From assembly GCA_963801165.1 (NCBI GenBank), contig CAWDDT010000009.1, positions 1 through 64,000 on the forward strand: DNA of 64,000 bases, written 5' to 3'. The stretch comes from an uncultured bacterium (lineage in GTDB: Bacteria > Actinomycetota > Acidimicrobiia > Spongiisociales > UBA5794). Below are positions 11,083-20,680 of the stretch, in pieces. Under the pieces are notes generated by a model. It did not search any database. It was not told the origin of the DNA and worked only from the letters and a program-made list of their open reading frames with translations. The position numbers were made by a program, and so were the translations under genes. Positions within the stretch are counted from its first letter, which is position 1. Each line of letters begins with the position of its first letter.

Positions 11083-11333
11083 TCTGGTGCTCCCACCTGA
11101 TTGGCTACGCCGACCTTACTTGCTGTGCCAACTCGGTACTGCTCATCCACGGACGTAGTGGAACCGACCACCGGCGGCCGGTGCACCAGCTGAATCAGAG
11201 TGATTGTGAATTGCGAACTGACGGTTTCCGATCAAAGGCTCGGCGTATTCGCCAAGGTCAGCTATCGGTGCTTGGTAGTGTGTATTGCGAGTGGCTCGCC
11301 CCTCGATGATCTGTGCCGGGAGGGCTTCCGAGC

Positions 11334-13539
11334 CTAGAGCGGGCACTGCACCTCGTGAGCAATTGGGAGAAAGCTCGTCATCAGCCTGGAGTACTCGGCA
11401 TAGAACATATCCCAGTCTGCGTCCTCGTAGTCCTCTGGTGCAATCTGGATGTTGCGGCTCAACATTTGTGCGCAGAGCGCATCGCTCACAATCTCTGCGA
11501 GCAAGAGACGGAAGTGCGTCGAGTCTTGGCCGGGGAATCCCTTGGATTTGTCGCCAAGGTACCTAGCAAGGGATTGATGTCGTGCGGCTATCTCGAGGAC
11601 GTTCTGGCGCCAGCGGAAGCGCTGGTTTCCCAAGTCGATGTCTTCGAGTTTGATCTTGATACCGAGCCGGCCGGCGGTACGGATACGATCTCCGCGGAGG
11701 CCTGGAGTCCGTCAACGGTTGCAGTGAGCAAGGCACGCGCCTCAGTCTCGCCCGCTTTCACAAAGACGTCGCAAATCGCGATCCCGAGATCGCGATGCGG
11801 TTCCAGCATCGGCTCTCCAGAGACGCGCAGGTGTCGTCCACCGCCGGTGAGATCCAGTTCTACCTTCGTGGGGATTGGGGCGAGGCCGATTGGCGCCAGA
11901 AGCCGTAGCTTCTTTCGTTTGGAACCGGTGTGAAGCTGGTAGCGCTTTCGCTGGAACCTAAGCGAGGTGATGTTCTTGTATCGGTCCGCTTCCGACTCGA
12001 GCACTTCGACCGTCGCCTCAGTCGTAATGGGTCCAACACGCGCTTGTATGCCGGTTGCCAGCGACGGCGCCTCCGCCGTGACCTTCCAGGTGGCTCGCAG
12101 TATCCCGTCTCGTCCGGGGTGGTGCTCTAGAGCTGCGTATCGTTTGCTGGCGAGGATAGCGTCGTCGTGGCACTCCACTTGCACGATGTCGCCAAGCTCG
12201 AGCTCCGGGAAAGTCTTCTGGCTCACATTGAGACCCATCCTGATTGAGTGGCTAATCAGGATCTGGCTGAACGGCGGGCTCAGCTGGTAGCCACGCCTGA
12301 CCATTTCGCTTGTCGCAGAGGTTGAGGAGACGTCCCGAGCCTCGTCGTCGCTGAACTTCTCCATGAAATTGAGAGCGGCCTTCTCCAGTCGGTCAAGTCG
12401 CTGGCACGTCCGCGGTTCTCTATTGCTGCCTGTTCGTGTTCTGCTTGTTTGCGCTCTTCCTCGACGAGTGGACGCAGCCGCTTCAGCACTTCACCTGTCA
12501 GAGCCTTGACGAACGGGTGATCACGCGTTAGGCCCGATCTGCGCGAAGGATCAATGATAGGTCGAGGGTTCTCGGGTTTCGGAGGAAGCCCTTGGTCGAA
12601 TTGCTCATCGAACTCGTCTGACAAGTCGTCGATGTACTCACAGACCAACCGTCCATAGAACCAACGTGCGTGTAAGTCGCTCTCGAGGCCGGGATCGAAG
12701 AGAGTCGATTCATGGATGGCATGGCGGGACTTGACGAGGATGCCGCCTTGGCGGAACCGACTCTGGTCCTTCTCGAAGCGTTCGTGAGCGCGTCTGATCG
12801 TGAGTTTCGCATGAGCCTCTGGATATCCCGGCACTTGGAGTTGAACCTTGACGCGGTCGGTGCCGTGTACCGCCGGAGTTGACAGGGTCTCGGTCCGCCC
12901 ACTGTTGGCATCGCGAAGAGTGATCGTTCTCATCGGGTCGGACAGAATGTCGCGTAGACTCACCAGTCGCTCCAGCTTCTCCCTGAGGTTGTCGTGATGC
13001 GGGATGGACTCGTTCTGATCGACCTCAAGGGTCACCAGCGTTCCAGTTCCTCGTGGAATCCCAAGCTCCTTTCGAAGCGCCCGGCTCGAGGGTTGCGACT
13101 CGTAGAGCGTGAACTCCATGAACGGGGAGATCTCGCAGGAGTGGAACATTCCGTCGCCAGCGATTGACCTGAACGTGACCCGACCGAGGCTGGCGACATC
13201 CTTCGCGCCGCGAGCGTTCGTTCCGCGTACCGCCTTCCCTTCATGGAGCCCGCTGACTCGTCCGCCCATGTGCGACAGCTTCTCCTCCATGACGAGGCTC
13301 GTCATCCCATCGGCGAAATCTCGAACGGAGAAGAGACTTGGCTGACCCCGCCGGCGCTCAATCTCGATTTCAATGGTTCCCTCACCACCAAGGAGCTGAT
13401 ACCGATCGTCAGCATTCGTAACTAGCTCTGTTGTCACGTCGAAGATGTCGCGGATTGCCAGCTTGGCATTCTGGATCAGCGTTCGACGCCCAGCCTGCAC
13501 GTCCTTCTTCTTGACTGCCCCGTTCGATGTCACATTCAC
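11334..13539 (-). CDS. GHKL (HATPase_c/MORC-like) ATPase, ~730 aa after repairing two frameshifts (~12410, ~11660)
   Basis: ELVTNADD, VRDFADGM, RGTNARGAKD, GTGTLV Bergerat-fold motifs; ORFs 12280-13539, 11588-12364 and 11334-11633 join into one protein. Confidence 0.75.
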
Positions 13540-14180
13540 CCCTGTCCCTCATACGACAACTCGAGCCTGGCCACAAACCTGGTGAATTCGTCGTCTTCCG
13601 ATGCGGCGGCTACCAGCCGTAGCTTCTCGAACCTGCGGTCCCAGATGCTTGGGTCAGCGTCAACGCGGCACCTCAAGAGCTCAGCTAGCTGACCGATTGG
13701 TGCGCGGAACTCGTCCGGGTCACTCCGGAACACGCGATAGAGGCTGTGCTCACGGATGCGACGCATCTCCTTGCGTGCAGCCTGCCTATGGTCTTTCTGT
13801 TTGCCTGACTCGACCAGTTCTTGAAATACGGAATCATGCTCCCTCAGGTAATGCACACCGGCCTCAGTCAGTACCCATCCGTCGGGCGCCCGATCGCGTC
13901 TGGTCTTTGCACTCTGACCTTTTCGTGTCCCTGCACGACCGTCGACAAGCGCGCCAAACGCCTCCTTGCGCGCGTCAGTCAGTGCAACTCGGACGATGTC
14001 CTTGTCGGGGATCTCGGGATACTTGACCGAAGAGAAGGACCCAGGGAAGAGCTCGTGGCACTTGAGCGCGATGTCTTCGGTGTGCACTTTGTCGGTCGTC
14101 CCGCCGCACATGGCTAGAGCGAACACCACAAGTTCCCTGTTCGCGAAGCTGGAGTGGTCTCTCGCGACATGTTTCGGCAT
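13536..14180 (-). CDS. Uncharacterised protein with probable N-terminal winged helix
   Basis: 214 aa; VHTEDIALKCHELFPGSF..YPEIPD and GWVLTEAG wing-like motif; start and stop overlap both neighbours. Confidence 0.65.
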   Translation of the reverse strand: MPKHVARDHSSFANRELVVFALAMCGGTTDKVHTEDIALKCHELFPGSFSSVKYPEIPDKDIVRVALTDARKEAFGALVDGRAGTRKGQSAKTRRDRAPDGWVLTEAGVHYLREHDSVFQELVESGKQKDHRQAARKEMRRIREHSLYRVFRSDPDEFRAPIGQLAELLRCRVDADPSIWDRRFEKLRLVAAASEDDEFTRFVARLELSYEGQG

Positions 14181-14847
14181 TAGAGCTCCCTGTAGTCAGG
14201 GAGCGTGCTCCAGAGATCCGCAGTTGTGGTCTCGAGTTGCTGCGGATCCATCACAACGTATCCACTTCGGCCACGACGTTCCAATAATCCTTCTTTGCGA
14301 AGCCACGCCAACGTCAGATAGACCTGGTAGCTCGGAATCTCCGGCACCATTTCGTTCTCGCACATCGAGGATCTCGTCGATTGGGACAGTTCCGTTCGCC
14401 CGCTCTCGCCTGGCTAGCGACACCACAATCGACTCCACCTGGTTGTGGCGAGCCCGATGGACGTATTCCTCCCGCTTCTTCTTCGACCAACCACACTTCA
14501 CGAGGTCATCACCGTCACGCGAGAATTTCGGATAGTCGCTCTTGCGTGTCGGCTTTCTGCCGGGAGACGGCCGGGATGGCTCGACAGCCGGGGAGTTCTC
14601 TGCCAGTCGCGAGCTGGTCCAGCCTCTGTGCGGATGCAACGCCAAGTGCCATCTCGTTCAGGGATAGTGCGACTGCGGTGAGACGGTCGATCTCGTCATA
14701 CCGGCTGGAGTTCGCTGCCTCTGCAACCAAGCCCTGCATTTCCGCCTCGCACTGGCGAAGGGCGTGCTCAGCGCGGCGAAAGAGGTCCGCTTCTCTGGAT
14801 TCCTCACGCAAATGTTGACTTGCCATCATTCTTTTTCCATTCGTCAT
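14180..14847 (-). CDS. Uncharacterised protein (helical N-terminus, C-terminal wHTH-like domain), two frameshifts
   Basis: ORFs 14515-14847, 14196-14645 and 14180-14365 join: YPKFSRDGDDLVKCGWSKK...PSYQVYLTLAWLRKEGLLERRGRSGY. Confidence 0.6.
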
Positions 14848-15138
14848 ACTGTGTCCTGGACAGAATAGCGCGAAACTGAAAAGAATACAACCGCTATTTT
14901 CGTCATATCCCTAGCTCCCGTGACTCACATCAGACAGCTAGGCAACTTCTTTGCTTGGATGGGCTGTTCGGGGCAGTTGGGACCAGTAGGTAGATCCGTG
15001 TCGCGTAGTCGTTGACTCATGCGTCGAATGTCACGCTACAGGGCGCCCGCAGAGCGGGAACGATGTGTAGCCCGCGGCTGAAACTCGGGATCTGATCCCC
15101 CGGTGCGCCGCCACGATCCCCAGACCCTCGTCGCCTCG

Positions 15139-15414
15139 GGGAGCCCAAGTTGGGAGCCATTCTGGGAGCCATAACGCTGTGGATTCGTGTGGACGGCTGT
15201 GGACGCCTGTGGACACGAAAGCCTGTCGTTTCGGCGTGTGTGGACGGCTGTGGACGCCTGTGGACGGCGCTTGTAGATCTACGGATCAGAAGGTTGGGGA
15301 TTCGAGTTCTCCCGGGCGTGCTAGGTGAAAACCCTTGTCTTGCAAGGGCTTTCGTTTTTCCGCTTTGGCGGCTCTTCGACCGTTCTGACGTTTGGGAGCC
15401 ATTCTCGGGAGCCA
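15139..15414 (+). repeat. attP-like junction 1: arm boxes, phased TGTGGAC repeats, tRNA 3'-half core, hairpin, arm boxes
   Basis: TGGGAGCCA at 15151, 15163, 15393 and CGGGAGCCA at 15406; TGTGGAY at 15178, 15188, 15198, 15208, 15239, 15249, 15259; core starts at 15279. Confidence 0.9.
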
Positions 15415-15472
15415 ATGGGTGCGATTCGACGGGATAGCTTCTGCCGCGACAATCGCCTTGACTATGTCCTGT

Positions 15473-15498
15473 GGAACCAAACGGCCTCGGTGTTCGTC
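15473..15498 (+). promoter_or_regulatory. ECF-type promoter, probably autoregulatory
   Basis: GGAACC-N16-CGTC, 8 nt upstream of in-frame GTG at 15507. Confidence 0.6.
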
Positions 15499-15506
15499 CT
15501 GTGATT

Positions 15507-16010
15507 GTGGAGACCGATACCAAGATCGAGCCAGTGAGCCACTTCAGGATTACCGACTTCGAGGTGTTCTACCGGCGCTCGTGGGATGGTGTCTACCGGC
15601 CGCTTGCGGCCACGCTTGGCGACAGTGATCTTGCTGCCGAGGCAGTCGACGAAGCCATGTCGCGCGCCTATGCCCAGTGGCGCTCGGTCCAGCTGGTAGG
15701 CAACCCGCAGGGGTGGGTGTACCGGGTTGCCTACCGATGGTCGATTGACCGTCTGCGTCGCCGTGGCAGGGAACGACGGTTGCTGCCTCGCCTTTTCGAC
15801 GGGCCGGTTCCTGACCGCACTTCGGTCGAGCCGGGCTTGGATGCGGCGCTCGGGTCGTTGCCGCTGGAGCAGCGTGCAGTTGTAGTGCTGAGCTGCGCGT
15901 TCGACTGGTCGGAAGCGCAGATCGCCGACGCGCTCGGCATCCGCCCGGGAACTGTCAAGAGTCGTCTTCACCGGGGACTCGAACAGCTACGACGGGAGTT
16001 GCACGCATGA
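15507..16010 (+). CDS. ECF RNA polymerase sigma factor
   Basis: DFEVFYR, AAEAVDEA, GWVYRVA region 2; LPLEQRAVVVL...IADALGIRPGTVKSRLHRG region 4. Confidence 0.93.
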   Translation: METDTKIEPVSHFRITDFEVFYRRSWDGVYRPLAATLGDSDLAAEAVDEAMSRAYAQWRSVQLVGNPQGWVYRVAYRWSIDRLRRRGRERRLLPRLFDGPVPDRTSVEPGLDAALGSLPLEQRAVVVLSCAFDWSEAQIADALGIRPGTVKSRLHRGLEQLRRELHA

Positions 16011-16864
16011 GCACGGACGCCTCCATCTACGCCTATGTCACAGACACGATCGGGGCAGTCCCGCCTCGGCATGGTGATCTGTCGTCGGTGGTCAAGCGGG
16101 GTCGGTTCATTCGACGTCGGAGGCACACCGTCCTCGCCGCTGGCTCGGTAGCGGCAATGTGCCTGGCCGTTCTGCCACTCCTACTCACGCTGGGCAGCTC
16201 GCCCGGGCCCGTTGGGGAGTATGACGGCGGATCGGAGTTCGTGTTCGCCTCCGGGTTCAGTGTCGCGGTTATCGGAGAGCCGATCGAGTCTGAAGGTGCG
16301 CTGGTGTTTGCCGGTGCCTCCGGGGAGCCGGCGAATTCCCGGTTCGATCTCGCCGCGCTCGGAACGGAATATTCGATTGAGCGGCGCAATGCTGCCGACC
16401 TGGTCGTACCTACGCCCAGCGGCCCGTTTGAGAGCAACGCCCTGCACGCGTCGACACTTGTGTATCTGGGTGACGCCGGAGGTGCACAGCTGGCGCTGCA
16501 GGAGACCGACGGCGAGACCTGTATGTTCTTTGGAAACGGCACCGAGGTAGCTGGCGGCGGGTTCTGCGACATCACGGACGCTCCGACGATTGGTTATAGC
16601 GCAGACCCGCCGTTCCCGCAGAGCCGCGGCGGCTGGCTCGTCTGGTCGATGCTGCCGACGGACGCATCGGTCGTCGCGGTAACTCTGCCGGATGGCGATA
16701 CCTTCTGGCAGAGACCGGTATCAAGGACGGCGTTCTTTGCGGTTGCCAGCTTGGACACACTGCAGGACGCAACCGCAACGGCCTTCGACTCGTCCGGGAC
16801 GGTCATTGCCACGCGGGCTCCCGTTCTGCTTGCGGGACACGAATACTTTCTCAACGATCAATAG
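16007..16864 (+). CDS. Putative membrane-bound anti-sigma factor
   Basis: ATGA overlap with sigma gene; RRRRH followed by one TM helix and an extracytoplasmic domain. Confidence 0.75.
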   Translation: MSTDASIYAYVTDTIGAVPPRHGDLSSVVKRGRFIRRRRHTVLAAGSVAAMCLAVLPLLLTLGSSPGPVGEYDGGSEFVFASGFSVAVIGEPIESEGALVFAGASGEPANSRFDLAALGTEYSIERRNAADLVVPTPSGPFESNALHASTLVYLGDAGGAQLALQETDGETCMFFGNGTEVAGGGFCDITDAPTIGYSADPPFPQSRGGWLVWSMLPTDASVVAVTLPDGDTFWQRPVSRTAFFAVASLDTLQDATATAFDSSGTVIATRAPVLLAGHEYFLNDQ

Positions 16865-16981
16865 GCTCCCAGAGACCAGCGGCAATTGGCCCGTTCGCTC
16901 TCGCACCACGATCTAGACGGCTGCTGCCGGAGTCGTCTGATCGCGGTGGCCTCGTGACGCCGAGCGGCTCCGTCAGTTGGC

Positions 16982-18163
16982 CTATTTGGCGATCACTTGG
17001 AACACCTGCGGGTTCCAGTAGCGCTTGTCATATCGAGCATCGTCGTAGGGTTCGAGGATCCCGCAGTCGACGAGTTGGTGAATCGCATTCCGAGACGCTT
17101 GGTTCGTCTTGCCGAAGCGTTTCTCGGCCCAGGCAACCGTGATAATCGGGAATCCAATCAGGCTGTCGGCAATATCGATGGCCAGTCTGCCCCGCGGAAA
17201 CGCCTCCCGCGCTCGGCTACTCAGCTCTTCTTGGAAGGAGAGGAGATGATCGATCCGCATCTGTGTTCTTCGTGCCTCGACGGCGATCGCCTCGGCGATG
17301 AATCCAACCCAAGGATCCCAATCTCCAGTTCGGCTCAGACTGAGGAGATGATCCTTGTACTCGTCCTCGTGCTCCTTGAGCCAGGGGGAGACTGATAGGA
17401 CCGGTTGGCTCAGAGCCCTCTCCCGAATCAGCTGAAGGACGATCGCCAAGCGTCCGACTCGACCGTTCCCGTCGTGATAGGGGTGGATGGTCTCGAATTG
17501 GTAGTGCGCCAATGCCACGCGCACGAGGAGTTGGAGGGATGGAGGGTTCTGATCATCTCGGACCCAATCGAGCCATTCGTCATACATGGCTTCGAGCTGA
17601 TCGCCCGGCGGAGGTGGAACGAAGCGTGCCTCGGTGATCGGTCGGTTCTTTGGCCCGATGAAGACCTGTTCCGTGCGTACCCGTCCGGCGCTTGGGCCGT
17701 CCGAATCTGTCCGGCGGATGAGGGTGGCTTGGAGCTTCGACAGAAGGGTCTTGGAAATCGGTGCTGATGTGATCCACTGGTAGCCGATCTCCACGGCGTC
17801 GAGGAAATTGAGTACTTCTCTCACACGAGCCGGGATCTCACGCTGAGTTGGCTCAACTTCCGCGGCGAACAGTTCCGCAAGCTTGGCATACGTCCCTTCC
17901 AACGCTGCGGTACCCACCGCCTCCAATCGCGTTACGACGCGAATCACAAGCTGTGGATTCGGGAGTAGCGCGGCGGCGGAGTCGAGCCGTCCGAGTTCGG
18001 CCATTGCATCGCCGATCTTCGTCCACGTGGCGCTAGACAGTGTGATGTCGTCTGGCAGACGATCGGGGACGAACGCCCGAACTTCATAATCCGTACCGAA
18101 CCGGTGGTCATGCCCGGTGATAGTCACGGTTGTCCCGATCGGCGAGTTGTCCAGCGATGTCAT
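16982..18163 (-). CDS. Fic family protein
   Basis: Active-site HPYHDGNGRVGR; N-terminal TAALEG inhibitory-type motif; C-terminal wHTH-like tail. Confidence 0.95.
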   Translation of the reverse strand: MTSLDNSPIGTTVTITGHDHRFGTDYEVRAFVPDRLPDDITLSSATWTKIGDAMAELGRLDSAAALLPNPQLVIRVVTRLEAVGTAALEGTYAKLAELFAAEVEPTQREIPARVREVLNFLDAVEIGYQWITSAPISKTLLSKLQATLIRRTDSDGPSAGRVRTEQVFIGPKNRPITEARFVPPPPGDQLEAMYDEWLDWVRDDQNPPSLQLLVRVALAHYQFETIHPYHDGNGRVGRLAIVLQLIRERALSQPVLSVSPWLKEHEDEYKDHLLSLSRTGDWDPWVGFIAEAIAVEARRTQMRIDHLLSFQEELSSRAREAFPRGRLAIDIADSLIGFPIITVAWAEKRFGKTNQASRNAIHQLVDCGILEPYDDARYDKRYWNPQVFQVIAK

Positions 18164-18263
18164 AGGACTTGGAATCTAGCCTTTGTTCCGCAAGTTACGC
18201 GCGCGAAACTTGGATTTCAACCGTGTAATTCCAACTCTCGTCATTTCCGCACCAAGAGTCACT

Positions 18264-18529
18264 TGGGAGCCATTCTGGGAGCCTTACGCTGTGGATCTGT
18301 GTGGATGGCTATGGACGCCCGTGGACTCGAAAGCCCGTCGTTGCGGCGTGTGTGGACCCTGGCGGACGGCTGTGGACGTCGTTTGTAGATCTACGGATCA
18401 GAAGGATGGGGCCTGTCGCAGGCGACAGGAGCGAGTTCTCCCGGGCGTGCTTGCGAAGCCCCCGTGTTTACGGGGGTCTTTGCTTGCCAGGATTTGCTGG
18501 CGGTGGGCTCAGGTGACCTCTGGGAGCCA
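18264..18529 (+). repeat. attP-like junction 2 with palindrome inserted in the tRNA T arm
   Basis: Same layout as junction 1 (boxes 18264, 18276, 18521; core at 18391); CCTGTCGC-AG-GCGACAGG at 18412-18429. Confidence 0.88.
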
Positions 18530-18669
18530 TTCTCGACGGTGAACTTCGCTATGATCACACTGGGTCACCGGGTCACCGGGTCGCCGCTCGAAGGGGTCGG
18601 ACGAGACGGGCGGCCAGAGTTGCAGTTACTCCCATTGACCAGTAACACAGAGAAGGTAGTTACCGTCAG

Positions 18670-19236
18670 ATGTCTATGCACAGGAGGCACGCTGGGGCGC
18701 TTCTCGGTTTCGGGCTAGTTGTGGTCGCAGCTACTGCAACGCTGACAGTCGGTGCAAGCGCGGCGGGATCGAGTGACCTGCCGCCGACAACCGTGGTCGC
18801 AGCCCCGGGCCAACCAGCGATCGCTGCCGACTCCGCTACAGCAGGCGCCCTTGAATCAGCGATAAACACCGTATGGCCCGGGAGTTCTATCTCCTCTATT
18901 ACTACCATGCAGGACGGGATACGGGACTATGTCGATGCGGTCGGCACGCTGAGTGATGGATCCGCATTCAATCTCACTGTATACCGCACGTTTCTCAGGT
19001 CCGAGCTGGACGGAGCCGGCCTCCAGCGGATTCCTATGCGAATCGGGACCGCGTGGGTCGGCGCGACCGACGCGGATCTCACGTCCGTCTACTTCCTCGG
19101 AAGCGATGGCATCGGCCTCTACGTCGGGCTTCAGCCAGCACCGTCGGGAACACCAGTCGAGGTGACGACGGTCACGGCCGCCGTCACCTCATTCGCGACG
19201 AACGCGTCGATTGCACAGATCAGCGGGGGTCACTAA
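18670..19236 (+). CDS. Secreted hypothetical protein
   Basis: 188 aa; N-terminal RRH plus hydrophobic signal with AxA site. Confidence 0.65.
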   Translation: MSMHRRHAGALLGFGLVVVAATATLTVGASAAGSSDLPPTTVVAAPGQPAIAADSATAGALESAINTVWPGSSISSITTMQDGIRDYVDAVGTLSDGSAFNLTVYRTFLRSELDGAGLQRIPMRIGTAWVGATDADLTSVYFLGSDGIGLYVGLQPAPSGTPVEVTTVTAAVTSFATNASIAQISGGH

Positions 19237-19448
19237 TGAAGCGCCGCTCCGCCCAGATGTCCGGCCGCCAACTCGCGCGCTTCGGCGATCGCTGTGATCG
19301 TCGTGGCCTGGACAGTGGTCCTGGCGGCCGGCATTGCTCTTGCGGCAGACTCCGGTGACTGGCATTCCGGCTATTCCAACCACTCCACCTACTCCACAGG
19401 CGTCCACCAGGCACTCGGTATCAGGTTCACATTCGTGCCCCGTGTAGC

Positions 19449-19703
19449 ATGACCAAGAGCGGTCAAGCGGGGAACGTGCAATTGTCGATGACGCTTCCAG
19501 TTGTCGCCGGGGCGGTTGTCGTCCTGGTAGGGCTCCTCGAGGCGTTGCCGAGCCCCCAGGTTCGGCGTCTGCGTTGGCTGCTCCCAGTCATTTTCGGGGT
19601 GGGCGCCATCGTCGAGACGGGTACATGGCAGCGCGTCTCCCTCACCGCTATCGGACTGATCGCCTTGGTCGCGGTCATCCTTTCTCCACGGTGGCGGACC
19701 TAG
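19449..19703 (+). CDS. Small membrane protein
   Basis: 84 aa with three hydrophobic segments. Confidence 0.45.
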   Translation: MTKSGQAGNVQLSMTLPVVAGAVVVLVGLLEALPSPQVRRLRWLLPVIFGVGAIVETGTWQRVSLTAIGLIALVAVILSPRWRT

Positions 19704-19899
19704 CAACGCTTGCCGGTGCAGGGCCGGAAGATGGTGCGACCGCTTGCTCCCGCCGATCGACTTCTCAGTGCCGAAGCCGGTCGACTGCTCCAACAGGGAA
19801 TCTCTAGACACATCCCCGCAGCTGAACGTGGCCGTGTCTTACTTCTGCTTGCCACCGGCCAAAGGTGGGCCATTCCGGGTGTTTGGTAACGGTTCGGCG

Positions 19900-20379
19900 T
19901 CAAAGCGGATGAGACTCGGCGAGAGGTGGTCCGGCGACTTCCATCCACGACCGCTCGGCGATATCCCGGTAGCGCCCAGGATCGACTGGACCGGGTGGCA
20001 GAAGGGCATGTTCCTCGAAGAAGCGCTCCATACCCGACGGTGTGAACATGACCAGGATCCGGGACGGGCGATCTTCGAGGTTCTGGAAACAATGGGCAGT
20101 TCCTCGAGGCACGAACACAAAGGAACCGGGTGCCGCTTCGAGCAGCTTGTCGTCAGCGATGAACCTGAAACGACCGTCGAGCAAATACCACATCTCGTCC
20201 TCGCGACGGTGGACGTGCGCAGGTGGGCCCTGCTTCGGGCCGATGGTCACCTCGAGCATCGTGAAGCTGCCGTTGGTTGTCTCCGTGCGGGCTTTGATCG
20301 TCGTCGGACCACCAGCCGGACCCGGGATGACCTGACCCTCGCCATCCTGCACGACAAAAGCCCTCGTCAAACTCGCCAT
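19900..20379 (-). CDS. Cupin domain protein (quercetinase-like)
   Basis: GPPAHVHRREDE and VPRGTAHCF cupin motifs; GGAGG RBS. Confidence 0.92.
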   Translation of the reverse strand: MASLTRAFVVQDGEGQVIPGPAGGPTTIKARTETTNGSFTMLEVTIGPKQGPPAHVHRREDEMWYLLDGRFRFIADDKLLEAAPGSFVFVPRGTAHCFQNLEDRPSRILVMFTPSGMERFFEEHALLPPGPVDPGRYRDIAERSWMEVAGPPLAESHPL

Positions 20380-20680
20380 CAACACCTCCCACTAGGACGT
20401 CGGCCCGGTTGGTCGGCGCGCCAGAATGATACGACCGGAGTCGGACCCGACGGATCTCGTTCGCTGGTAGCCAGGCTGGGATCCATTGTCTGTGAATTCG
20501 TGTGGACGGCTGTGGACTCCGGCGGATCTCATAGCCCTTCGGGCGTGCTGCTGAACCACCTGCGATCGCGTTATCCGGATAGCGGCAGAGCGACCACGTA
20601 GTGCGGGCGAGATCGCTCCGGTTGGGTACCCCGGGTGAGCCTGCCGGGGATTGACCGCCACAGTGTGTGGCCGTGTGTGC

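Noticed and set aside
15178-15265. TGTGGAC repeats as a CRISPR array or iterons
   Set aside because: Units are 7 bp at 10-bp period with no unique spacers, and there is no cas or rep gene. Their fixed position in att arms explains them better.
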